This document shows positions 1 through 11,220 of a DNA stretch of 64,000 bases, in pieces (positions within the stretch are counted from its first letter, which is position 1; each line of letters opens with the position of its first letter). Both the position numbers and the translations under genes were made by a program. Origin of the DNA: Leucoraja erinacea (Eukaryota); assembly GCF_028641065.1 (NCBI RefSeq), contig NC_073405.1, positions 4,588,001 to 4,652,000 on the forward strand, written 5' to 3'. The notes beneath the pieces were generated by a model. It saw only the letters and a list, made by a program, of their open reading frames with translations, searched no databases and was not told the DNA's origin.

Positions 1-919
1 ATGTCAGTTATTTCACATTGCCCATATCGGGCATGACAAAGCGGCTCATAGTTTGTGTAGTCGGGCTTTGTTTCCTGCAGTTGAAGGACAATGAATGAGC
101 TTGGTCAAGAATCTCTCTGGACGGGGAATGAAGAAACCCAGAGGCTGCTTTGTGCAGTCGAGCTAGAAGTTTACATGTTGATGTGGTGTTAATCCAGAAG
201 GTCTTTGGAATATTTGGATCCCAGCAAAACACCCAGCACATTCACTTACAAAATATCACCACCATAAGACTTTTCCTTGAACATTACTGAGCAGTCTGTT
301 CGGTTCTTTTAAGGCTCTCCTGCTCAACCAATCTCATTTCAGAATTGCTATTGGAATGGGCACAGTGCCCACTTTGGTCTTTGGTAGCAACATCTTATGT
401 TGTTGTGCTATAAAATATGTAGCACCCTATTTCAGAGGTGGGACTTGGTCAGACTGAGCATGGTAGTTAAATGTGTTGGTCGCTTGGTTTTCAGGATACA
501 AATTCTACCACATTTTGTGATTCTGCTTTGTACAACTCCACAAGATCAAGAATCTAAATTACAGAACACCATGGACATTGTTTTTCAATTAGGCTAGCAA
601 GCAGGAGCTCATCCTTTAGATAAATCAGAAAATAGTTGCTGATATAAATTTATTCCATCTGGGTTGCTTATTTTATTGTAATTGAACCTTTTTGCACACC
701 CAGATGAGTGGTTTATTCAGCATATTAGAGGGGGATTTGGATGGGGGTGTTCCTGGGTTATTTGACTTGGTACTACTAACACAGTGCATTCATTTATGTT
801 TACGTACCATTGCAAATTTACCAGTTCATCACTTTTAAACAATCTTAATTTTTTTCAAATTTCTCTATTGAAAATATGTCTTGTAAGACCTTTTGTATGG
901 CATTTCATACATTATGTTG

Positions 920-1338
920 ATAGAATGGAGCGGCTGGGCTTGTGTACTCTGGAATTTAGAAGGATGAGAGGGGATCTTATTGAAACGTATAAGATTATTA
1001 AGGGATTGGACACGCTAGAGGCAGGTAAACATGTTCTCAATGTTGGGGGAGTCCAGAACCAGGGGCCACAGTTTAAGAATAAGGGGTAGGCCATTTAGAA
1101 CAGAGATGAGGAAAAACTTTTTCATCCAGAGAGTTATGAATCTGTGGAATTCTCTGCCTCGGAAGGCAGTGGAAGCCAATTCTCTGGATGCTTTCAAGAG
1201 AGAGTTAGAGTTCTTAAAGATAGCGGAGTCAAGGTGTATGATGAGAAGGCTTGTGGATGATCAGCCATGATCACATTGAAAGGCGGTGCTGGCTCAAAGG
1301 GCCAAATAGCCTACTCCTCCACCTGTTGTCTACTGTCT
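920..1338 (+). mobile_element. CR1-clade LINE 3' fragment
   Basis: RT C-terminus LEFRRMRGDLIETYKI...NLWNSLP plus 3' UTR. Confidence 0.88.
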
Positions 1339-3784
1339 AATAGTTGGAGCTTGCTGGTGAATTTAAAAGCTGATGAATATTGAGGATCTGCTGATCTCCT
1401 CCTGAGTTTTGAAGAAAGATCATGATCAAAGGTGGCACAAGGTTCAGAGCCAGGTGACCTGGTTACACCTGCCCCAAAATCTTATGCTTGTATGATTTTC
1501 TTTTTTCTATTAGTTATTCAGTTACATTGCCTTGGCTGATTGCATGGCCGACCATAGTTTAAAAGTTATACATTTTCAAACTATCAAAGTACCTTCGAAC
1601 GATCTTTAATTAGACTTTACTGGACTTTATCTGGCAGTAAACGTTATACCATTTATCCTGTTTCGGTACACTGTGGATGGCTTGACCCGGTCTGACACCT
1701 AGTGCAGCACTAGGGGAGTGCTCCTGTGTTGGAGAGGATGTTCACAGCATTGCTGCACTGTCAATGTGCTGTGTCATGAACAAAATCCTTAACCAAGACT
1801 CTCTGTTCTCTTGGGTAGATGGGTGGGGGCATGTGTGAGGTGGGTGGGTGGGGGCGTGAGTGACGTGCATGTGAGGTGTGCATGCGGGTGTGGGTGAGAG
1901 GGTGCACGTGTGAGTTCTGAGGACATTGCAGTGCGGTTCAGTGTGATTTGGATTGGTCAGGCGAGGGGCAGATGCATTGACAAATACAGGCAAGCAGATT
2001 ATTATCTGAAGAGCAATGTATTTGGAAAGGTGGGCCTTTGCACACCAGTTGTTGTAAGTGAGCAGATGCAGCAGATGGTTTGACACTAAGTTCAGGGATG
2101 TCTTACTGCAAACCTGCAAACTTGGTGAGACCACGCCTTGAGCACCGAGCGGCGTCTGTCCTCTATCTTGGGAAGGATAGAGGGAATATAGCAAAGGTTT
2201 GCCAGACTATTTCTTGGGATGGGGGGACTAATTTATGAAGAGAGATTTAGATGATTGGGCTTTCAGAGGCATGGAATTGGACAGCATAGGAACAGGCCCT
2301 TTGGCCCACTGCATCTATATGACCATCATCACTAATCCCACTTGGCTGCATTAATTCCATTTCCCTCAGTGCCGTGCTGATTCAAGTACCTGGCCAGATG
2401 CCTTGTAAATGTTGTTGCTGTTTTTTTCCTCAACCACCACCTCTGGCCACTCATTCCAGAGACCAACCACTCTTTGCATTAAATATTTACCCCTCTGATC
2501 ATCCTCCCCCTCGCCTTCAATGTTTACCCTTGATTTTTAGACACCCCTTTGTACTTCCTGGAGTTGGGAAGCACGTGAGAAGTACCTTGGTGAAACAAGA
2601 TCCTGATGGGACTAAATAGATGAGATGCTCCTTATATTGGGGAAATCCAAAAATGGGGCTCATAGCGTAAGGATATGGAGCTTTCGGAGAAATCACCCAA
2701 GGAGTGATATTCTCTACAATGGAGACAGTCAAGGCCTAATCATTACAGTCTGAAGAAGGGTCTCGACCCAAAACGTCACCCTTTCCTTTTCTCCAGAGAT
2801 GCTGCCTGTCCCACTCAGTTACTCCAGCTTTCTGTGTCTATCTTTGGTTTAAACCAGCAACTGTGCAGTTCCTTCCTACACTATTCATGAATCAACAGGC
2901 TCAAGGGATCAAGTAGATTTCTCCCACCCCATCCTGTTTCTTTCTTTGGCCTTTTTGAGCAGTATTTATTCCTCCAGCGTTTCATAAAGAAGAGACCTGG
3001 ACGACATTCTGCCCTTTGTTGAAGTTTGTGCTCAAATTAACGACGGCATTATTCTTGTCAGTACACCTGGCTGGAATGTGCTCTATCGACAGTCCAACTG
3101 TTTGAAACATACAAGGGCGGGGTGGTGATTGATAAGCCCTCCGCTATCTATATAAGTGAAAATCTTTTCCACTTTAGTTATAAATACCAGCAGTGGTTAC
3201 ATTTGGGGCATGCTTTGTGGATGTTTGTACCGTACCCTAAAACTGCCGCTCGGGAAAGCGGACCACCGGCAGATTGGGGAGGGGGAGGGGGAGGGAGGGA
3301 GGTTGGGGTGGAAAGAAAGTGAAAGTTGTTGAGTTTTTAAAAGAGCAAAATTCGAAAAGGGCGAGTTGGGGGGAACTAGAGGATAAAGTGTCAATGTTAA
3401 AGGGGTTGACTTGTGGAAATGTAGGAGTGTAATCCAAAGAAATCCGACCTTGGTGTTCCTGTAGAACGTATCTCCTTGTTGCCGAGGTCGAGGAGAACTG
3501 GGCTGCCGGTTGTCCCGGGCCAGTGAGCCCAGACCTTTGTGACAAGCCCTCCTTCTGAAATCTTGTCGAACGCTGCATTTTGAGCCCACTTTTTTTTTAA
3601 ATTCAGCGAGAAAGACACTTAACGTGTTAATTACTTAAGATAACACCAATGTTTATGTTAATGTCTCCAGGGAGATAATGTTCCAAAATATAACGAAATA
3701 TTCGGAAAATGAACAATTAAAAATTCTAAGGAAGAACCGACGCATTCTCAGCACTAATTGAAAATTCCCTCCGTCAACAATTAA

Positions 3785-3912
3785 CTGAAGAAGGGTCTCG
3801 ACCCGAAACGTCACCCATTCCTTCTCTCCATAGACGCTGCCTCACCCGCTGAGTTTCTCCAGCATTTTTGTCCACCTTCGATTTTTCCAGCATCTGCAGT
3901 TCTTTCTTAAAC
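3785..3912 (+). repeat. Penelope-like terminal repeat with hammerhead-like core
   Basis: CTGAAGA-A-GGGTC-TC-GACCC-GAAAC-GTC at 3785-3812, then the family tail ...GCATCTGCAGTTC. Confidence 0.7.
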
Positions 3913-4139
3913 AATTAACCGAACTTCCTCGCTGTGTTTGTTGTGCATGTATCACGGTCTAAGCGCTGCTAGATATAGAGAAAATAAAACGGCACACATA
4001 GATTAAATGTATTTTACTCCGAAAAAAACTATTTTTGTACGATTTGGTTCTGAGAAGCGTTCTATCCATTGGTCCACGATCCTGATGGAAGTAGATCTTT
4101 TTAATTTTGTCAAATTTTCAATCGGTCAAGAAAGATGTT

Positions 4140-4262
4140 TTGTGTAAGAAGGAACTGCAGATGCTGGTTTACATCGAAGCTTGAGTAGCTCATTGGGACA
4201 GGCAAAGCATCTCTGGAGAAGAGGAGTAGGTGACGTTTCGGGTCGAGACCCTTCATCAGACT
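4140..4262 (-). repeat. Penelope-like terminal repeat with CUGAUGA core
   Basis: Minus strand CTGATGAAGGGTCTCGACCCGAAACGTC (4259-4232). Confidence 0.7.
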
Positions 4263-7067
4263 TGAGGAGGAGGAGACTAGAGGTAAGAAAGATGTTTTGT
4301 TGCGTTGGTGAATGTGCAAAGGGGATTTACCAGCATGACTGGTCATGTTGTGGCCATGATGTAGCACAGGAGTGTAAGATGAGACTTTGAGGTGCTTATT
4401 GGTGGGGGGATTAAGGTGGTGGAAGACCCTATTTTACTTATCAGAGGGGACAAAAGCAACATGAATAAATCTTAAGTGATTGAAAAATAATTAAAGGGAA
4501 GAGTAAAATTAATGGTCTGGTTCTTGTCTCGCGGGGTGGTTGAAGTAGAAACCCTTGTCATGCTTAAAGAGTATTTGGATATCTCTTTAAGAGTCATGGT
4601 CTGCAAAGCTGTGAAATTTGTTCTGGAAGATGGGTAGCTCCTCGTTCGACTGGAACCATGTGCTCTTCTGTGCCATAATTTTTAATGTTTCTGAGATCTT
4701 TTACTGCCGATGCTGGATGTAAGCATTTGTTAGCAGATTTTCCAACGTTGGCCTCACTGTCAAGGTTTCTGGTGTGGAGCCTCTTGATGATGCCAATCTG
4801 GGTAGCGATTGTGCGGTGAGCAGGCTGATGTCAGTAGGCACTGCCAGAATAGCCTTGTGAAGATGTTGGGCTATACCAATGATGTCTTTCTAGTATAAAA
4901 CGCTTCCATTTTTTGAGAAGTCATTGTGGAACATCTTAATTGTGGATGACATCCCAAAAGGATCTTTGAAAGAAGATGGGCAGCTTTCAGACTAGTGGTT
5001 AAGAGGGAACTGCAGATACTGGAAAATCGAAGGTAGACAAAAATGCTGGAGAAACTCAGCGGGTGAGGCAGCGTCTATGGAGCGAAGGAAATGGCAACGT
5101 TTCAGGTCGAACCCCTTCTGCAGACTGGACTAGTTCTTCAAACGATTGGTGTTACTGTGGTTATTGTTCACATCTGCACCCTTTATTTCCTGCCAGGGTA
5201 AATAACAAGAATTCTCTGAATGTCTCTTTAAACATCAACCACTTTGATTTTAATCTTTGGTTTCACCAGATCCTCATTGTATCCTCATAGTTGGTGTTCC
5301 TGAAATGAAGAAGCTCTGCCCTAAATTACTCTCTGTTAATTTAAACCTTATGATCCAATCGTCACAACTCCCTGGTTGTTCTGTCATTTGCACATGTTCC
5401 ACATCCCATTGTTATCTCCATACCAGACCCTTCATTGTTGAGAAAAGCTATGCTGATCAGGGAAATTCTCCTTAACACATTTCAAAATTCCAACCTTTCT
5501 TTATCATTTAAGTTATTAACTCGCATATTATCGGTGTAATAGAAATCCCAATAATAGTGTTTTAAAGTTCCTTTTGCATCTCCATAATTTCCTTTCAGAG
5601 TTGTGGCTCTATCTTCTCATCACTATTTGTAGGCAGATAGTATATCCTCAATAGTGTGATGTATCCTGCTCATTACGTTGGTTCTCAAGAACATAATTTC
5701 CCTGAAGCACACAAATCTCCATCAGAACTGTTCTGCCTCCTTATTCCCTCGTCTATTTTACCTGAATATTCAAAAATATTAATTACTCGGCTCTCTCTAC
5801 CTTTTGAGTCATGTTTAATGGATTAATAAAAGTAATGGTCAACATTCCCTCATATTGGAGATCCCCTCACTCTGCTGGTTATGTGTTGGTCTCTCTTCCA
5901 TAGTGGTTGATGTTGTATTGTGTCCGGTACTCTGTAAGAAGTGGTTGTTGATAGACACCTGGTGTTGGCAGCTCCTTAAAATATCGTTGTATGTTCAACA
6001 TGATCAAATGTGCCCAAATAAAAGCTGCCATTTCCATTGTGCCTGTGTCTTGAAGTAACTTTATAAATTTGCACTATGGTAATTTGTTTGTTTCAGTGTT
6101 CACTAGTGATACTTTACTGATCAAATCATCTGAGATATTGCTGCTGTACAGTATAAAACACTTCATATTTAGTCAAATGAAAGAAATTAATACCCTGCTG
6201 CCCAATATACTAAATCCATCACTAAAATAACCTCAAAAGGACCCATAGTGCTGGAATAACTCAGCGGGTCGGGCAGCATCTCTGGAGAAGATGGATAAGT
6301 GACGTTTTGTGGTCGAGAACCTTCTCCAGTCTGAAGAAAGGTCTCGACCCAAAACTTCACCTATCCATATTCTGCAGAAACGCTGTCTGACCTGCTGACA
6401 GCTGCTACAGTCAGGCAAACGCCTCCGTTGCCATGGTGTGAGAACGGAGAGGATGAGAAGGAGAAGAGGCCATTAAGACTGTAAAATCCTATCTCACCAG
6501 AGACTAACTTTACTGTAGCATGTCACTGTTTTTAAAAATTGCTGTTTTCTTCCGTTTTATTTCCTCCCATAAATATGCAATATGTGAATATGTGATTCTG
6601 TTCCATTCTTTTGTTGTTTTTTTGTTTGGTTTTTTTTGCACAATCCGCGAGCATTGCCACTTTTCATTTCACTGCACATCTCGTATGTGTATGTGCCGAA
6701 TAAACTTGACTTGACTTGAACTACTCCAGTACTTTGTGTCCTTTTTGTGTATTACCCAGCACCTGCAGTTGGTTCTTTGTTTCTACTAAAATGTTTAATT
6801 TGGTCAAATCAAACTTGGATGTTTTATTGTAGAACAACACATAAGAAAAAAACAGGGAAATGATTGTCAAAATTTTTATTTTCTCCCTCTTTTGCAGTTA
6901 TTTAAATACATTTTGAGAAAGCTTCTCTGCCCAAATGTTAACTCGTCTACTCTAGAAAGCCACCTGGCCTGCATAATGTCTCTTAAATGTTCTATTTGTC
7001 TCAGATTTTGTCTGCCGTTCATTTTTTTAAATTCTGCTGCCTTGTATCTGATTACAGTATTATCCAA

Positions 7068-7340
7068 GGTAGACACAAATGCTGGAGAAACTCAGCGGAT
7101 GCAGCAGCATCTATGGAGTGAAGGAAATAGGCAACGTTTCGGGCCGAAACCCAAAGGAAATAGGCAACGTTTCGGGCCGAAACCCAAAGGAAATAGGCAA
7201 CGTTTCGGGTCGAAACCCAAAGGGTTTCGGCCCGAAACGTTGCCTATTTCCTTCGCTCCATAGATGCTGCTGCACGTTGAGTTTCTCCAGCATTTTTGTG
7301 TACCTTCGATTTTCCAGCATCTGCTGTTCCTTCTTAAACG
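7068..7340. repeat. Hairpin copy of the Penelope-like repeat with three 33-bp tandem units
   Basis: Inverted arms; AAGGAAATAGGCAACGTTTCGGGCCGAAACCCA three times at 7121-7219. Confidence 0.85.
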
Positions 7341-9549
7341 CTGTATTATCCATCTGCCTGTTTTCCTTTATACTCTGAGCCTGGTTCTGTCAGTTTAATC
7401 TATAACTTCAGCTAAAATAATGATACTGACTTACATTGCATTTCAAACACGACTCCGACACACTCACTTTGCTTTATTTTTCACCAATGCAGATGCTTTT
7501 ATTCTGATTTTTAACAATCACCGAAGTTCTTTGAATCTGCAGTTTTACTTTTCTGAACAAGTGCCTTTTTCAAGGGAAAATAACCAGTTCTACAGGTGTC
7601 CGAGGGACCAACAGAAAACCCATAACCAAAAGAACCGATGGTGGGTGGAGAAAATCGTCATTTATTAGCCAAGTATGTTTTGCAACATAGGAGGAATTCA
7701 GTTTGCCAGACAGTCATACCAAAAAAGCAACAAGCCACAAACGATATAAAAATTTGACATAAACATCCACCACAGCGACGACTCCACATTCCCCACTGTG
7801 ATGGAAGGCAATAAAGTCTTATCTTCTTTCCTCCTTTTCTCCCGCGGCCGGGGAGTCGAACCATCTGCACAGGCAATTGGAGCTCCCGAAGTCGGTCTCT
7901 AACCAGAGACTGCGAACTCCACATTGTTAAAATCACAGGCGATCCAGTGTCATAGAGTCATACAGCGTGAAAACAGATCCTTTGGTCCAACTTGCACATG
8001 CAACCAACATGCCCCATTTGCACTAGCTCCACCTGCCCGTGCTTGGCCCAGGACCCTCTAAATCTAACCAGTACAAATGTCTCTTAAACGTTATGATAGT
8101 ACCTGCCTCGACTTCCTCCTCCGGCAGCTTGTTCTATATACCAACCACATAAAATGCTGGAGTAGCTCGGCAGTTCAGACAGCATCTCTGGAGAAAAGGA
8201 ATAGGTGATGTTTCTGGTTGAGACCCTTCTTCAGACTTGTTTGCTAATTTTGGGTCGAGACTCTTCTTCGATGAGTCTGAAGAAGGGTCTCTGCCCAAAA
8301 CGTCACCAATTCCTTTTCTCCAGAGATGCTGCCTGACCCGCTGATTTACTCCAGCGTCTTGTGAATACACATAGACATTTGCTTTCAGATGCCGATTGCC
8401 AAGTCGTCATCATCAGCACTCTTGCTAATTGTTTAACAGAATGGGCCTTCTACAAAAAAATGTCTATTGAAGAAAGGTCCTCCATCAACCTACTGCACTA
8501 TCCAACATCACTAGCCTGACAATAAAGTCCACAATGAAATGCTTTAAAAATATTGACTTATTTCTATATGTTGGGACCAGTCACCCAGTGAAGGGTGGAC
8601 ATTGATGATGAGATCCATTATCACCTTCGGGTCTGATAGCAGAACCTTTGGTTGCCAGGGAAAACATTTTAGTAGATGGTGCCTAAATCTCGGGAGAAGC
8701 CCACAGTCTCTTTGATAGCTGTGATCCCTGTTCTTCTGTGTGACCCTGAGACTTGGGCTGCTTCAGCAGAAGTCACAAGGCACTGGATGCATCAGAAATG
8801 GTGCCTCTGCTAAATTCTCTAAATCCTCTGGTCGGGTAAGCAAATCGACATGGGTATTTTCCCACCCACCCCTTTATAATTCCTAGCACGAAGGCCCTAT
8901 TTCCACTCTGATGGCTTTGTTGGGTTGCCCATGTTGTCCATTGAGTTGCCCACGAACTCCTGCAACAAGCGCCCTGCTTCCGGCTCGTGTTGTGGCGTGG
9001 AATAGCAGGAGCACTGACATCAGGACATTAGTCACTGTCCTGAACGCTGCACCTCGCAAACTGCAAAATCCACAGGTCCCACACCAACCTCCCGGGAACC
9101 CACACAACCAGCAAGAATGTTCAATCGTGTGATACACCGGAGACCGAGCCACGGAATTCTGACGTTGCTGCAGCTTTATAGGACCATTAACGCAACAACA
9201 CAGCCGATAAATATACACTAATATAATAATGTATCAATAATGCAGGTAAGCAGAGCTTCCGTTTCCTTCAAGCCCACAGGGGAACGACCGGGCCATATAA
9301 AGACGCCAATTACTAAAGCAAAGCAGGACCAGTCCAAGTAGTCAGTACTACAGCGTGGAAACAGGCCCTTCGGCCCAACTTGCCTACACCGGCCAACATG
9401 TCCCATTTACACTAGTCCCGCCTGTCTGCGTTTTGCCGATATTCCTCTAACCCTATCCAATCCATGTACCAGTGTAAATGTAATCTGACATTCTGCTTCA
9501 ATAACTGAGTAACAAATCTTCAACTATTTTATTTCATGGATACTGAATG

Positions 9550-9835
9550 TGATAGCGCAGCGGTAGAGTTGCTGCCTTGCAGCGCTGGAGACCCGGGTTC
9601 GAGCCTGCCTGCCTACGGGTGCTTGTATGCACTGAGTTTGTACATTCTTCTGTGACCTGCATGTGTTTTGTCCAGGTCCTCCCACACTCCAAAGACGCAC
9701 AGGTCTGTCGGTTAATTGGGTTTCTGTACCTAGTTCCCTAGTTATGTGGGATAGAACTAGTGTAAGTGGGTGATCGCTGGTCGGTGCCGACTCGGTGGGC
9801 CGAATGGTCTGTTTCCGCGATGTATCACAAGTGTA
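9550..9835 (+). mobile_element. tRNA-derived SINE
   Basis: A box AGCGCAGCGG, B box GGTTCGAGCC, CR1-like tail. Confidence 0.8.
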
Positions 9836-10012
9836 AAAGGCAAACGATAAAAACAACATTGACCTTTAGGGAAACACTTTATTCAAAGGATCTGGGGATT
9901 TGATACACGAGCAACAAGCGAATGCCGTCCCACTACATGGAAAACGACTCTGAAAGGGAAACATCAAAATCGCAAAATTATAAACTGATGATATTAAGTT
10001 ATTAAAATGCAA

Positions 10013-10450
10013 CATATAAACATAGAAAATAGGTGCAGTAGGCCATTCGGCCCTTCGAGCCTGCACCGCCATTCAATATGATCATTGCTGATCATGCAAC
10101 TCAGTATCCTGTACCTGCCTTCTCTCCATACCCCCTGATCCCTTTAGCCACAAGGGCCACATCTAACTCCCTCTTAAACATAGCCAATGAACTGGCCTCA
10201 ACCACCTTCTGTGGCAGAGAATTCCACAGATTCGCCACTCTCTGTATGAAAAATGTTTTCCTCATCTCGGTCCTCGATTTCCCCTTATCCTTAAACTATG
10301 ACCCCTTGTTCTGGACTTCCCCAACATCGGGAACAATCTTCCTGCATCTAGCCTGTCCAACCCCTTAAGAATGTTGTAAGTTTCTATAAGATCCCCCCTC
10401 AATCTTCTAAATTCTAGCGAGTACAAAATGAGTCTATCCAGTCTTTCTTC
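10013..10450 (-). mobile_element. CR1-clade LINE 3' fragment
   Basis: EERLDRL...RRLRGDLIETY on -, same tail as other copies. Confidence 0.9.
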
Positions 10451-10561
10451 CACAATGGACTCGGGTCTTTATTAATTTTCGAGTGTCTTTATTTTCGTCG
10501 CCTTGTTTATATTGGTTTTAATCCGGTTATATATACCGATCTAATTGTCTAAAAATATATA

Positions 10562-10745
10562 GTGTTTAAGAAGGAACTGCAGATGCTGGAAAATCGAAGG
10601 TAGACACAAATGCTGGAGAAACTCAGCGGGTGCAACAGCATCTATGGAGCGACTGGAGTTTCGGCCCGAAACGATGCCTATCTCCTTCACTCCATAGATG
10701 CTGCTGCACCCGCTGAGTTTCTCCAGCATTTTTGTCTACCTTCTA
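10562..10745. repeat. Hairpin copy of the Penelope-like repeat
   Basis: Inverted arms of the same family. Confidence 0.8.
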
Positions 10746-10859
10746 AAAATGTATATATGTATCTGGAATAATTCGTGTAAAACTGCGAGTGTTTATTAAC
10801 GAGCCTTGCCCCTTTAAGTGTGTTTTTTTTGTCCTGGACTCATCGCTCCGCAACCGCGT

Positions 10860-10872
10860 GTAGCTAAGCAAC
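10860..10872. promoter_or_regulatory. RFX X-box-like site upstream of the actin-related gene
   Basis: GTAGCTAAGCAAC fits GTNRCY-N-RGYAAC, about 126 bp upstream of the ATG in CpG-rich DNA. Confidence 0.5.
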
Positions 10873-10997
10873 GGCCACGCTTCGGTCTGCCCGGCGAAAT
10901 TGCAACACTTCCCGAGATGTACAAGCGAGGATCGGAAAGACTTCCGTGCACCGACTCGGGAGCCCGGGACTGGGGGTCAGAAACTTCCTAAAGCGCT

Positions 10998-11220
10998 ATG
11001 GGCTGCGCCTCCTCCAGTGTCAAGACCACCCGAGCCGCGCTCACTGCGGGAGACGGACAGACACAAGTGTTGCTGCACCCTCCTCCCGCTCCTAACCCGG
11101 CCCCGCCGGGCGACCCGGGCTTGGCGTGGGACCGGGCGAAGGCGGACGAGGAGACCGGGGAGGTGTTCAGCCAGTCCAGGTCACCGCCGGCCCAGGGCAC
11201 CGCCGACCCCAGCCCTCGAG
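10998..11220 (+). CDS. actin-related gene exon 1 (MGCASSSVK..., Pro-rich)
   Basis: Good Kozak (gctATGG), in-frame TAA at 10989-10991, CpG-rich, donor GAG|GTAAGT at 11221. Confidence 0.75.

Noticed and set aside
3197-3618. Overlapping minus-strand ORFs of 73-130 aa
   Set aside because: No recognisable domain or convincing splice structure; partly explained by low-complexity G-rich sequence.
6427-6440. GTTGCCATGG X-box half site
   Set aside because: Lies inside a retroposon fragment, far from any start codon, with a poor second half site.
7121-7219. 33-bp direct repeats with an internal palindrome, resembling a CRISPR array
   Set aside because: Units abut with no unique spacers, there are no cas genes, the context is eukaryotic, and they are reiterations inside a dispersed repeat.
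6892-7378. ORFs with GNRQRFGPKPK / MLEKLSG repeats
   Set aside because: Chance translations of the hairpin repeat; the same peptides recur at every copy.
8881-9340. GC-richer stretch with short ORFs on both strands
   Set aside because: No recognisable protein motif, termini or splice pattern; probably an old repeat fragment that I cannot classify.
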